Notes under the pieces: model-generated | Databases searched by the model: none | Seen by the model: only the letters and a program-made list of their open reading frames with translations | What the model was told of the DNA's origin: nothing | Position numbers and translations under genes: made by a program | Assembly (NCBI GenBank): GCA_964498725.1 | Contig: CAZCHS010000001.1 | Location: 1,666-65,665 of the forward strand | DNA length: 64,000 bases | Reading direction: 5' to 3' | Source: an uncultured bacterium | Lineage (GTDB): Bacteria; Fidelibacterota; UBA2242; JAFGTP01 | In this document: piece after piece, positions 1-9,548 of the stretch | Layout of the letters: each line of letters begins with the position of its first letter | How positions within the stretch are numbered: the stretch's first letter is position 1

Positions 1-6
1 GCCTGT

Positions 7-375
7 TTGCAAAGTGTAAAATTGTGGGCGGATAATTTTGTGCCCTTTTTTATTGAACATAATTTTCCGCGCAAAATAACCGTTGCCAATCAGGATTTCG
101 AGATGGAAACCTACCCGCAAATTGCTTATGGTATCAATTCAGTTTACAGAGGCATAAAATCCCTGGCAGTGATAACGAAAAATAAAAAATATGAAGAGTA
201 CGCGGAAAAGGTTTTTCAGTGGTATTTCGGCGGCAATATTGCCAATACAAAAATGTACAACTCCGGCACAGGTGTCTGTTTTGACGGTATCAATGCCGAA
301 GGTATTAATAAAAACAGCGGGGCCGAATCTACGATAGAATGCCTTCTTTCCATGCAATTCAGAGAAAAATATTAA
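7..375 (+). CDS. C-terminal fragment of a hypothetical protein, possibly a sugar-active enzyme, truncated by the window start
   Basis: Open frame from the window edge. It lies upstream of a MalK-like sugar ABC ATPase. No diagnostic motif recognised. Confidence 0.3.
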   Translation: MQSVKLWADNFVPFFIEHNFPRKITVANQDFEMETYPQIAYGINSVYRGIKSLAVITKNKKYEEYAEKVFQWYFGGNIANTKMYNSGTGVCFDGINAEGINKNSGAESTIECLLSMQFREKY

Positions 376-405
376 GCGATAAATGGTAAAAGGACAGGAC
401 GTTTT

Positions 406-1503
406 ATGGCACAAATTGAGTTGAAAAAAATTGGTAAAACCTTTGATAATAATGTCAACGTTATTGAGAATCTTGACCTGAAAATTATCGATGGAGAATT
501 TCTGGTACTGGTAGGCCCCTCGGGATGTGGAAAATCAACGACCCTGCGATTAATCGCCGGGTTGGAGACTATCACAGCGGGTGACATATATATCGCTGAC
601 AAACTGGTCAATAAAATTCCACCGAAAGACCGGGACATTTCCATGGTTTTCCAAAACTATGCTCTCTATCCCCACATGACTGTTTACGATAATATGGCAT
701 TTGGCCTGAAATTGCGAAAATTTAAAAAGCCGATTATTCGGAAAATGGTCCAGGAAGCGGCTGAGATTTTGGAACTGGAAAATCTTCTGAACCGAAAGCC
801 AAAGCAACTTTCCGGCGGACAGCGGCAACGGGTGGCCCTTGGCCGTGCCATTGTCAGGAAACCGGCGGTATTTCTTTTTGATGAACCCCTTTCCAATCTC
901 GATGCTAAACTGCGGGTCCAGATGCGTTCGGAGATCAAAAATCTGCATAAAACCCTGCAAACCACCATGGTCTATGTTACCCATGATCAAACCGAAGCCA
1001 TGACAATGGGCGACCGGATCGCGGTTATGAAAGAGGGTGTTATACACCAATTGGACACGCCCCTTAATGTCTATAATGATCCGGCGGATAAATTTGTGGC
1101 CGGTTTTATCGGCAGCCCGGCGATGAACTTTCTCAGTGGTAAAATCGAAAATAATTCTATCATTGTTGAAAATGGAAAATTCAATCTACCCATTATCAAT
1201 AATCACAAAGAATTACTTAAGAATCATGATAATCAGAATATTATCGTTGGAATACGACCGGAAAGTATTACGCTGCAAAAAGAGACAGACAATTCAGTGA
1301 AAATAAATCTACAGTGTGATATTGTGGAACCCACCGGCCATGAAGCGCTGATTTATCTCAATACCGGCGCAACAAAAATAGTTTGTAAAACCAATGAATA
1401 TGATCACGAAACCCGTAAAAAAGACCGTTTGAATGTTTATTTTAATATGGAAAAAGCGTTGTATTTTGATGCTGAAACAGGCGCAAGACTGATAATGCCA
1501 TAA
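406..1503 (+). CDS. ABC transporter ATP-binding protein, MalK/UgpC/MsmK-type sugar import ATPase
   Basis: Walker [13 protein letters not shown] signature [14 protein letters not shown], Walker [12 protein letters not shown], and a C-terminal MalK-like regulatory domain. Confidence 0.85.
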   Translation: MAQIELKKIGKTFDNNVNVIENLDLKIIDGEFLVLVGPSGCGKSTTLRLIAGLETITAGDIYIADKLVNKIPPKDRDISMVFQNYALYPHMTVYDNMAFGLKLRKFKKPIIRKMVQEAAEILELENLLNRKPKQLSGGQRQRVALGRAIVRKPAVFLFDEPLSNLDAKLRVQMRSEIKNLHKTLQTTMVYVTHDQTEAMTMGDRIAVMKEGVIHQLDTPLNVYNDPADKFVAGFIGSPAMNFLSGKIENNSIIVENGKFNLPIINNHKELLKNHDNQNIIVGIRPESITLQKETDNSVKINLQCDIVEPTGHEALIYLNTGATKIVCKTNEYDHETRKKDRLNVYFNMEKALYFDAETGARLIMP

Positions 1504-1520
1504 TTAAAAATTTTTATACA

Positions 1521-1550
1521 TAGTGGATAATAGATATCTATTACCCACTA
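1521..1550. repeat. 30-bp near-perfect palindrome TAGTGGATAATAGAT|ATCTATTACCCACTA between convergent genes
   Basis: 14 of 15 arm positions are complementary. The core GATAATAGATAT recurs at 2235-2248. Confidence 0.5.
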
Positions 1551-1603
1551 TATTCCAAACATCTTTAATGGATGCTTATTTTTATGAATAAAGCATGGTA
1601 ATC

Positions 1604-2161
1604 TTATTCCTGCCAATGCTCCGGTTTGTTCATTTCCTCGCAGCACAGCACCTTACCTTTTTCAATTGGATATTTTTCACCTGTAAGGGAGAGAAACATC
1701 CAGGCATCTTTGACTTTTTCAGGGATTGGGTGAATCGTGTGATATCCATGTATTCTGGCATCCGTAATGAAACCGAATTTTGGATAATATTCAATATGAC
1801 CCAATAGAAAGACCATTTTTGATCTCATATCCTTTAGGTGCTGCAATCCGGCTTTGATCAATTGTCCGCCAATTTCTTGTTTCTGATACTCCGGGACTAC
1901 AGCCAAAGGTGCCAGGAAATGAAACAATAGTTGCTCAGTGTTCATATTCTCAATATAGCCGCGGGAAAATAAAATATGTCCCACCGGTTTTCGTTGGTGT
2001 AATGCCAATAACGAAACAATGGGTTCTGCAGTTTTGTCATTTAAAATACCGGCGGTTAACTCGGCTTCGCTCTTTCTGCCGAATGCGCGCTTTTCGATAT
2101 CAATAATTTGGTCAAAGTCCTGTTTATTGGTCGGTCGAATAACAAGTTGATTTAAATTCAC
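1604..2161 (-). CDS. GNAT family N-acetyltransferase
   Basis: About 185 aa with GNAT-like motifs (FGRKSEAE, acetyl-CoA-binding-like region). YhbS-like. Confidence 0.65.
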   Translation of the reverse strand: MNLNQLVIRPTNKQDFDQIIDIEKRAFGRKSEAELTAGILNDKTAEPIVSLLALHQRKPVGHILFSRGYIENMNTEQLLFHFLAPLAVVPEYQKQEIGGQLIKAGLQHLKDMRSKMVFLLGHIEYYPKFGFITDARIHGYHTIHPIPEKVKDAWMFLSLTGEKYPIEKGKVLCCEEMNKPEHWQE

Positions 2162-2649
2162 GGTAAAACTCCTTTAACATTATGTAGAGTATTTAACTGA
2201 ACAGATTTCAGTCTTAAAAATTATTATGTAATAGATGAATAATAGATATGCAGATAAACAGGGTAATCAATATCCTTTTCTGATATCTAAGCAGTAGGGG
2301 GTGACAGGAAAAAAAGTGCGGAGAATTATTCCGTTTTTAGTCCTGTCTATTTTACCGTGGTCAGTATAGTTGAAGTTTTTTTCATGCGAAGAAATTTAGT
2401 TATTAATCAAAAAATAAAAAATATTTTTTTAGCCTGCATTATTCATAAAAATATGAATAATGTCCGCTTTGCGCCGATACGTTTCCTTCCGCCAGAGGCC
2501 GGATGTTCCAGTGGAAACTATCGGGATTAACCTGAATATCATTCTATGAATTTTCCAAATTAGTTTTTTAATATGTATTTGGTAAACTGTTAATTTTATT
2601 TTTTTTGCTTGAAGAATTTGAAAATTCATGAATATTTTAGGTTAGAAAA

Positions 2650-2874
2650 TTGAGCAAAAAGAAAAAAATTTCCAATCGTCAGATGATTTTCTATGGATTG
2701 TTGGGATTAATGTTGATCTTGGGGGCGATTCTGGCAGAACACTCATTACAGGATATGTTTTTACTGAATTTTATTTCCGAGGGTTTTTATATTGGGGGCT
2801 GGGTTTTGTTTTGGGAATTTTCAGCACACTGTTTTTCAAATCACGGGAATATGCTGAGCAGGCTTTTGTATTGA
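2650..2874 (+). CDS. small hypothetical membrane protein (TTG start; an alternative ATG lies at 2683)
   Basis: 74-aa ORF with two hydrophobic segments. No homolog recognised. Confidence 0.25.
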   Translation: MSKKKKISNRQMIFYGLLGLMLILGAILAEHSLQDMFLLNFISEGFYIGGWVLFWEFSAHCFSNHGNMLSRLLY

Positions 2875-2938
2875 ATCGACTAATGAAGTCTGAAATTAAA
2901 TATGAGATACGGAATTAATAATAAATGTGTTCAATAGC

Positions 2939-3095
2939 TTAGCCGCAGCACATAGACCAGATAACTCAGCGCAATGATCATTAAAAGAATGAGCCACAAT
3001 TTTTTAGTGGGCCGTTTACGGCGCAGATTGCGGAAATTGACTTTTTTGTCTTCGGGTTTTTCGAAATTCAGGAAGTCTCGTTTTTTGGTTGTCAT
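2939..3095 (-). CDS. small hypothetical membrane protein (52 aa), translationally coupled to the M50 protease gene by a TAATG overlap
   Basis: ORF MTTKKRDFLNFEKPEDKKVNFRNLRRKRPTKKLWLILLMIIALSYLVYVLRL. Its ATG overlaps the upstream stop. It is below the size cutoff of the ORF track. Confidence 0.3.
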
Positions 3096-3736
3096 TATAC
3101 ACCCCCAAAAAGCATACTGAAAAAATTAATAAAAGGGCGCAAAATAAAACCGATTATTGATATTTTGGTAATAAAACCAAACAAAATTAAGCCCATTAAA
3201 AGAAAAGCGCCATACTGTTCCAGCCAGTCGGTAATATGCTGCTGTTCCGGTGGCAGAAAACCGGCCAGAATTTTTGAGCCGTCCAAGGGTGGGATGGGGA
3301 TCAGATTAAAAAAGGCCAGGGCAATATTGATCTGCATGCTAAAATAAACCATTGTCATCAGTGGTTGCTGAACTGACCGGGCAAGACCGGAAATAGCGCC
3401 GGCTTGAAATATTCGAATGATAATACCACTGATCAGGGCCAGGGTCATATTGGCGGCCGGTCCGGCAATTGATACCCAGACCAGGTCTTTTTTGGGATTA
3501 TTAAAATTATAAGGATTGACCGGCACCGGCTTGGCCCAGCCGAAGTGCACCAAAAAGATCATCAATGTGCCGATGGGGTCCAGATGTACCAGCGGGTTAA
3601 ATGTCAGGCGTCCCTGATCTTTTGCAGTGTTGTCACCAAAACGATAAGCCACATAACCATGCATATATTCATGAAAGGTCAGGGCCAGTAAAATTGGCGG
3701 TATAATTAGTAATATGGTTTGAAAATTCATTTCCAC
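3095..3736 (-). CDS. site-2 protease family zinc metalloprotease (peptidase M50, no PDZ)
   Basis: HEYMHGYVA (HExxH) in the first TM helix, a multi-TM protein, and a PLDGSKIL-like third-ligand motif. Confidence 0.75.
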   Translation of the reverse strand: MEMNFQTILLIIPPILLALTFHEYMHGYVAYRFGDNTAKDQGRLTFNPLVHLDPIGTLMIFLVHFGWAKPVPVNPYNFNNPKKDLVWVSIAGPAANMTLALISGIIIRIFQAGAISGLARSVQQPLMTMVYFSMQINIALAFFNLIPIPPLDGSKILAGFLPPEQQHITDWLEQYGAFLLMGLILFGFITKISIIGFILRPFINFFSMLFGGV

Positions 3737-4620
3737 CTCGGATGAAATTCTTTGTGTTGTTGGATTATAAAATCTTTGTCTAAATGTGTATATATCTGGG
3801 TTGTGGAAATATCAGAATGCCCCAGCATTTCCTGAACCGCGCGCAGATTGGCGCCGCCTTCCAGCAGATGGGTTGCAAAAGAGTGTCGAAATACATGGGG
3901 GCTGACTTGTTTGTCGATTCCCGCCAGTTGTACATATTGTCTGATAATTTTCCAAACTCCCATGCGGGAAATCGGTGTCCCGCGCATATTTAAAAATAAC
4001 ATATCATTGCTTTTACGTTTCTGCGCCAGTTTGGTTCGCACATATTTCAGATAGGCCTTAATTGACTGCGCCGCCTTGCTGCCGAAAGGGACAACCCGCT
4101 CTTTGTTTCCTTTGCCGAAAATACGAATTAATTGCTCATCCAGGAATAAGTCCTTTTGTTTAATGGAAATCAGTTCCGAAACCCGGACACCGGTGGAGTA
4201 CAGTGTTTCGATCATGGCATAGTCCCGCAGGCCTTTGTCGGTTCCGCGATCGATTTCATCAAGAATATCTTCGATTTCGGATACCTCCAGCACCCGGGGC
4301 AGTTTCATGGTTAGTTTGGGTGCCTGAATAAATTCCGTGGGATTGTCATCAATGTAATTTTCCTCCAGCAAATAGCCGTGAAAACTACGTAATGTTGAAA
4401 TATTGCGCGCCATGGAATTTTCTGACATACCGAGATCGGCAAGGGTGTTGATGTATTGCCGGACTTTTTGGATGGTAATCTTGTCAGGACGGATAATCTT
4501 ATTGTCTTTCAGGAATTGATAATAGCGCAGCAGGTCGTGTTTATAGGCGGCGATGGTGTTGGGAGTCAGGTTCCGCTCGATTTTAATATGATTGAGAAAT
4601 TCCCGGAAAAGATGCTGCAT
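3727..4620 (-). CDS. xerD: tyrosine site-specific recombinase XerC/XerD family
   Basis: C-terminal RHSFATHLLEGGANLRAVQEMLGHSDISTTQIYTHL catalytic region. The XerC versus XerD assignment cannot be settled from sequence. Confidence 0.8.
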   Translation of the reverse strand: MQHLFREFLNHIKIERNLTPNTIAAYKHDLLRYYQFLKDNKIIRPDKITIQKVRQYINTLADLGMSENSMARNISTLRSFHGYLLEENYIDDNPTEFIQAPKLTMKLPRVLEVSEIEDILDEIDRGTDKGLRDYAMIETLYSTGVRVSELISIKQKDLFLDEQLIRIFGKGNKERVVPFGSKAAQSIKAYLKYVRTKLAQKRKSNDMLFLNMRGTPISRMGVWKIIRQYVQLAGIDKQVSPHVFRHSFATHLLEGGANLRAVQEMLGHSDISTTQIYTHLDKDFIIQQHKEFHPRWK

Positions 4621-4629
4621 GAGAATAGG

Positions 4630-5214
4630 CTATTCTGAATGGTAAATTGTCTGTTCAATAATATCGCACAGAATATGGCCGGCAGTAATGTGGCATTCCT
4701 GGATTCGCTGGGTATTATCAGAGGGGACAATAATGGATAAGTCTGCTAATTCTTTAAGTTTACCACCATTTTTTCCTGACAATATGATAGTGGTTAAATT
4801 CTGTTGTTTTGCTATTTCCACGGCTTTGATGACATTAGCGGAATTTCCACTGGTCGAAATGCCAATTAAAATATCCCCGGCTTTTCCAAAGGCTTCAATT
4901 TGCCGGGCAAAGATGTCAGAAAAATCATCATCATTGGCAATCGCAGTCAGTAAACTGGTATCAGTGGTGAGTGCCAGGGCCGGAATTGCCCGTCGCCGGT
5001 ATTTTAATTTTGCTACCAATTCAGCAGCGAGATGTTGCGCGTCAGCGGCACTGCCGCCATTGCCACAGATCAGAATTTTTCCATCACCGGTGACAGCAGC
5101 TACAAGTTTCTGTGCTGCAGAATTGATAGCATCTGTATAATTTTCCAGAAATTCCTGTTTTACATTTATGCTTTCAAGCAATTGATTCTGTATGATCTCA
5201 CTGTAATTTTGCAA
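4630..5214 (-). CDS. gmhA: D-sedoheptulose-7-phosphate isomerase (SIS domain)
   Basis: ILICGNGGSAADAQHLAAEL and ISTSGNSANV SIS motifs. 194 aa. Confidence 0.8.
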   Translation of the reverse strand: MQNYSEIIQNQLLESINVKQEFLENYTDAINSAAQKLVAAVTGDGKILICGNGGSAADAQHLAAELVAKLKYRRRAIPALALTTDTSLLTAIANDDDFSDIFARQIEAFGKAGDILIGISTSGNSANVIKAVEIAKQQNLTTIILSGKNGGKLKELADLSIIVPSDNTQRIQECHITAGHILCDIIEQTIYHSE

Positions 5215-5216
5215 AA

Positions 5217-5966
5217 TTAATTTTCCTTCCAGTGGATCGCCTGGCTGAATTTTTTGATAATGTCAGGATCATCGGTATCATTCAGCACATTGCCGGTGAC
5301 AATGAATGAAGCGCCGGCTCTGACTTTTTGGGCCGCCACTTGCGGTGACTTAATGCCGCCGCCAACGATTACAGGAATATCTACAAAGGAACTAACGCCT
5401 TTGACCACTGCATCGGGTACAGGATTATCCGCGCCACTTCCGGCTTCCAGGTAAACTGTTGACATACCCAGGTATTGCGCCGCAAGGGCGTGAGCCATGG
5501 CGATTTCCGGTTTGTGTGTTGGAAGCGGTTTGGTATTACTGATGAATTCCGCTGTTGTTGTCCGGCCGCTGTCAAAGAGCATGTACCCGGTGGAGATCGG
5601 TTCTACCTTTTGTTTGTGAATGGCGGGCGCGGCAATCACATGATCACCAAACAAATATTGGGGATTCCTGCCGCTGATTATGGACAGAAAAAGAATTGCA
5701 TCGGCAGCTGAAGATATTTGCTGAACGGAGCCGGGGAATATGATCACCGGAATGTTACTGGCTTCTTTCACTATCTCAATACAATGTTGAAAATCACCAT
5801 CCATCAACAAACTGCCGCCGATGAATATCGCGTCTACATCAGCCTCATTTAATTTTTGGACAAAATCCCGGAGACTTTTTTCATCCCGTGTATCCGGGTC
5901 GATCAACACAATATACGCGGCACCGCGCTTTTTTGATACTTCCGTTAATTGCTTGAAAATTGACAT
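5217..5966 (-). CDS. geranylgeranylglyceryl phosphate synthase family protein (PcrB/GGGPS-like)
   Basis: TIM-barrel GGGPS/PcrB signature (IFIGGS, YLEAGSGA, VGGGIKS, TGN). 249 aa. Confidence 0.75.
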   Translation of the reverse strand: MSIFKQLTEVSKKRGAAYIVLIDPDTRDEKSLRDFVQKLNEADVDAIFIGGSLLMDGDFQHCIEIVKEASNIPVIIFPGSVQQISSAADAILFLSIISGRNPQYLFGDHVIAAPAIHKQKVEPISTGYMLFDSGRTTTAEFISNTKPLPTHKPEIAMAHALAAQYLGMSTVYLEAGSGADNPVPDAVVKGVSSFVDIPVIVGGGIKSPQVAAQKVRAGASFIVTGNVLNDTDDPDIIKKFSQAIHWKEN

Positions 5967-7312
5967 TATTTAGAAAATCCGGATAAAAAGTTAACAAGTT
6001 TGTCAAGATCTGCTTTTGATCGTTTTTCTGTCACAGCAATGAGCAGATGATTTTTCCATTCATCCCTGTATTTGCCAAGATCAAGGCCGGGAAAGATGTT
6101 TTGTTTCTTTCCTTCTTCCACGATAGCGCGGGCAGAAACCGGTGTTTTGATGACAAATTCTTTGAAAAAGGGACGATCGCTGTATGCCCTTTCAAAATCA
6201 TTCAGGGCTGTGATTTTATCCGCCAACTCGTGGGCATTATTCAGACAGAGAGTCGCAACTTTTTTAATTCCTTCCTTACCCATCAGGGACATGTATATTG
6301 TGGCGGCCGTGGCCATCAATCCCTGGTTGGTACAAATGTTGGAAGTTGCTTTCTCACGTCTGATATGCTGTTCCCGGGTTTGCAGGATCAAAGCATAGGC
6401 ATCTTTGCCTTCGATATCTTCTGTTTTGCCCACAATTCTGCCGGGCATTTTTCGAATCAATTTTTCGGTGGCTGTAAATAATCCCAGGTAAGGGCCGCCA
6501 TAAGCCTGGGGAATTCCCAGGGCCTGACCTTCCGCCACACCGATGTCCGCATTTAACTCACCCGGCGTTTTCAAGATTGCATTGCCGATGGGATCGGAGG
6601 ATACAATGAAAAGCGCTTTGGATTTGCCGAATTTGTCTTTGACCCCTGCCAGTTCTTCTATATTTCCCAGGAAATTGGGAGATTGGACGATCAGGCCGGC
6701 GGCATCCTGAAGTTTTTCTTCCAGGCTGCTGAAATCGGTGATCCCATTGTTTTCCGGCAGGAATTCGATTTCTGCGTCGTGCTTATCCAGATAAGCTTCC
6801 AGCACATCGAGGTATTCCGGCTTGATCAGCGGAGAAACAACGATTTTGTTGGCTTTTCTGACTTTTCCCAGGGCCATGATAGCCGCCTCCGCTATTGCCG
6901 TTGCACCGTCATACATGGAAGCATTGGAAACCTCCATGCCGAATAATTCACATATCATGGATTGAAATTCATAGATCTGCTGCAGTGTACCCTGGCTGAC
7001 TTCCGGCTGATAAGGGGTATAAGCCGTATATATTTCCGACCTGGAGATAAGAAAATTAACAACCGAAGGAATGAAGTGGTCATAGGAACCACCACCTAAA
7101 AAGGAGAGATTGTCCGCTGTATTTTTATTTTTGGCGGCAATTTCCATTAACAGGGTGGTGACTTCGCTTTCCGAAAGTTTTTCCGGGAGGTCAATCTCGA
7201 AATCCTTCAAAAACTTTTCCGGAATATTGCTGATAAGCTCACTGAAACTTTCGATCCCGAGTTTTTTCAGGATTTCTTTTTCAGCTTCTGAGGTATTCGG
7301 AATATATCTCAT
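5966..7312 (-). CDS. gcvPA: glycine dehydrogenase (decarboxylating) subunit 1
   Basis: 448 aa with a typical N-terminus MRYIPNT.E..EIL..LG, then a PLP-fold region. Confidence 0.85.
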   Translation of the reverse strand: MRYIPNTSEAEKEILKKLGIESFSELISNIPEKFLKDFEIDLPEKLSESEVTTLLMEIAAKNKNTADNLSFLGGGSYDHFIPSVVNFLISRSEIYTAYTPYQPEVSQGTLQQIYEFQSMICELFGMEVSNASMYDGATAIAEAAIMALGKVRKANKIVVSPLIKPEYLDVLEAYLDKHDAEIEFLPENNGITDFSSLEEKLQDAAGLIVQSPNFLGNIEELAGVKDKFGKSKALFIVSSDPIGNAILKTPGELNADIGVAEGQALGIPQAYGGPYLGLFTATEKLIRKMPGRIVGKTEDIEGKDAYALILQTREQHIRREKATSNICTNQGLMATAATIYMSLMGKEGIKKVATLCLNNAHELADKITALNDFERAYSDRPFFKEFVIKTPVSARAIVEEGKKQNIFPGLDLGKYRDEWKNHLLIAVTEKRSKADLDKLVNFLSGFSK

Positions 7313-7315
7313 AAA

Positions 7316-7693
7316 TCAACCTATTGTTTCTTTGTATTCCTCAGCTGATAATAAATCGTCAAGTTCAGAGTCATCACTCATTTTTAATTTTGCAATCCAA
7401 CCGTCGCCATAGGGATCTTTATTCATCAATTCCGAACTGTCTTCCAACTTTTCATTGACTTCAGTAACTTCACCGGAAACCGGGGTATTCATATCGGCTA
7501 CGGTTTTGACAGCTTCAATCGTGCCGATGGCATCTCCGGCGTCAAATTCATCGCCTTCTTCCGGTAATTCTACAAATACAATATCGCCAAGTTCAGATTG
7601 GGCATGATCTGTAATGCCTAAGGTTGCGATATCTCCGTCGACTTTTACCCATTCATGGTTTTTTGTGTACTTTAAATCTTCTGGTACGTTCAT
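7316..7693 (-). CDS. gcvH: glycine cleavage system H protein
   Basis: YTKNHEWVK..GITDHAQ motif and the lipoyl-lysine region EAVKTV. Confidence 0.9.
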   Translation of the reverse strand: MNVPEDLKYTKNHEWVKVDGDIATLGITDHAQSELGDIVFVELPEEGDEFDAGDAIGTIEAVKTVADMNTPVSGEVTEVNEKLEDSSELMNKDPYGDGWIAKLKMSDDSELDDLLSAEEYKETIG

Positions 7694-7709
7694 GGTCTCC
7701 CTCCATAAT

Positions 7710-9059
7710 TTAGTGTTTTTTGTATTTAAAGGTGTTTAAGAAACCTGTATGAAAATCACCTTTTTTAAATATTTTGTCTCGCATTATTGACTGATGAAAA
7801 GGAATGGTTGTGGCAATGCCGCCGATGGTCAATTCCTCCAGCGCCCGTTCCATTCTGACGATTGCTTCCTCGCGGTTTTCACCATGGGTGATCAATTTGC
7901 CGATCAGAGAATCATAACTGGGCGGAATTTTATACCCGGAGAAAATATGGGAATCAAAGCGTACACCCGGTCCACAGGGGACATGCAGTGATTCAATAAC
8001 ACCTGGTGACGGCCGGAAATTATGATCCGGGTCTTCGGCATTGATACGGCATTCGATAGCATGGCCGCGTATTTTAAAATTATTCAACCATTTGGGTAAT
8101 TTTTGTTCCAAGTGAACACGAATTTGACCCTTAACCAGGTCAAAACTGGAGACCATCTCTGTGACCGGATGCTCTACCTGAATACGGGTGTTCATTTCAA
8201 TAAAATAGAAATTATGATCCCGGTCGAGTAAGAATTCCACAGTACCGGCGCTTTCATAATTTACTGCCTGGGCCGCTTTTTTGGCTGCATTACCGAATTT
8301 TTCACGCAGGGCTTCATCGACAATTGGGGAGGGTGATTCTTCAATTAATTTTTGGTGCCGGCGCTGGACAGAGCAATCCCGCTCACCGAATTGCGCTACA
8401 TTGCCATGTTTGTCCGCCAGTATCTGTACTTCAATATGTTTGGCGTCCAGTACCATTTTTTCCATGTAGAGATCCGGATCGCCAAAGGCTGCTTCCGCTT
8501 CAGTACTGGCCGAATCATAGGCTTTTTTCAATTCTGTTTCATTATTGACAATCCGCATACCGCGTCCGCCGCCGCCGGAGCTGGCTTTTAATAATACCGG
8601 GTATCCGATATCTTTGGCCAGGCTTTTCAATTTTTCATAATCACTGACAACACCGTCGCTGCCGGGAATCACGGGAACGCCCACTTTCTGCATGGTTTTA
8701 CGGGCCTGTGCTTTATTTCCCATGGCAGTAATGATATTTGCTGCCGGCCCTATAAATGTGATGTTGTTATCCAGGCACATTTTGGAAAAATTGGCATTTT
8801 CCGAAAAAAAGCCATAGCCCGGATGAATGGCGTCAGCATTTGTCACTTCCGCGGCGCTGATGATTTGTGATGCTTTTAAATAACTTTGGTTGCTGGGAGG
8901 CGGGCCAATACAAACCGCTTCGTCAGCAAACTTTACCGCCAGAGAATCCTTATCCATTGTGGAATATACAGCCACTGTAGACAAACCCAGTTCTTTACAA
9001 GCCCTTATGACTCTAAGGGCAATTTCACCTCGATTAGCAATTAAAACTTTTTTTATCAC
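7710..9059 (-). CDS. accC: acetyl-CoA carboxylase biotin carboxylase subunit
   Basis: KVLIANRGEIA N-terminus, ATP-grasp motifs, EMNTRIQVEHPVTE. Confidence 0.9.
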   Translation of the reverse strand: MIKKVLIANRGEIALRVIRACKELGLSTVAVYSTMDKDSLAVKFADEAVCIGPPPSNQSYLKASQIISAAEVTNADAIHPGYGFFSENANFSKMCLDNNITFIGPAANIITAMGNKAQARKTMQKVGVPVIPGSDGVVSDYEKLKSLAKDIGYPVLLKASSGGGGRGMRIVNNETELKKAYDSASTEAEAAFGDPDLYMEKMVLDAKHIEVQILADKHGNVAQFGERDCSVQRRHQKLIEESPSPIVDEALREKFGNAAKKAAQAVNYESAGTVEFLLDRDHNFYFIEMNTRIQVEHPVTEMVSSFDLVKGQIRVHLEQKLPKWLNNFKIRGHAIECRINAEDPDHNFRPSPGVIESLHVPCGPGVRFDSHIFSGYKIPPSYDSLIGKLITHGENREEAIVRMERALEELTIGGIATTIPFHQSIMRDKIFKKGDFHTGFLNTFKYKKH

Positions 9060-9077
9060 GATATTATCTTTGCCTGA

Positions 9078-9533
9078 TTATTTTTCTACAATGAACAATG
9101 GCTGATCAAATTCCACCGGTTCACCATTTTCGACTAATATTTTTACGATAGTGCCGGACACTTCCGATTCGATTTCATTCATTACTTTCATCGCTTCGAT
9201 AATGCAGACGGTCTGACCGGCAGTTACCTGGTCACCGACTTTAAAAAACGGATCCGCATCAGGGGCCGGTGCGCGGTAGAATGTACCCACCATAGGGCTT
9301 TTTATTTCTTCTACATTGGTGGCTTCGGTTTTCTGAACTACAGGTGCAGTTTCTTGTGTTGTACTCTGGGGTAGAGATATCGAGGGTGCTACCGAACTGA
9401 AGTCCCTGGATTGAGCACTACTTTGGCCTGTTTTTAAAATTTTGATTTTTGTGCCGAAGCTGGTTACTTCAATTTCACCAATATCATGGTCTTCGACGAT
9501 TTTCACGAGTTCTAATATTTTTGATATTCGCAT
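9078..9533 (-). CDS. accB: acetyl-CoA carboxylase biotin carboxyl carrier protein
   Basis: Biotinyl-lysine motif [11 protein letters not shown] and a Pro/Ala-rich linker. Confidence 0.85.
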   Translation of the reverse strand: MRISKILELVKIVEDHDIGEIEVTSFGTKIKILKTGQSSAQSRDFSSVAPSISLPQSTTQETAPVVQKTEATNVEEIKSPMVGTFYRAPAPDADPFFKVGDQVTAGQTVCIIEAMKVMNEIESEVSGTIVKILVENGEPVEFDQPLFIVEK

Positions 9534-9548
9534 ATTTTTTGCCTGTTT

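Noticed and set aside
550-1050. Track ORFs antisense or overlapping inside well-supported genes, such as 550-1050, 684-968, 4688-5140, 6047-6481, 8281-8591, 27553-28185, 28007-28432, 36090-36595, 37609-38163, 43087-43383, 45060-45509, 49941-50303 and 54196-54585
   Set aside because: They are shadow ORFs within genes that have strong conserved-motif support on the opposite strand or another frame. They have no RBS or homology signal.
2429-2629. 66-aa minus-strand ORF in the 2162-2649 intergenic region
   Set aside because: The region is dominated by inverted repeats (CATTATTCATA/TATGAATAATG) and low-complexity A/T runs with no RBS. It is more likely regulatory DNA.
3727-4620. xerD considered as the integrase of a mobile island
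   Set aside because: It sits inside a tight housekeeping operon with no flanking direct or inverted repeats, tRNA or phage genes. It is consistent with a chromosome-dimer-resolution recombinase.
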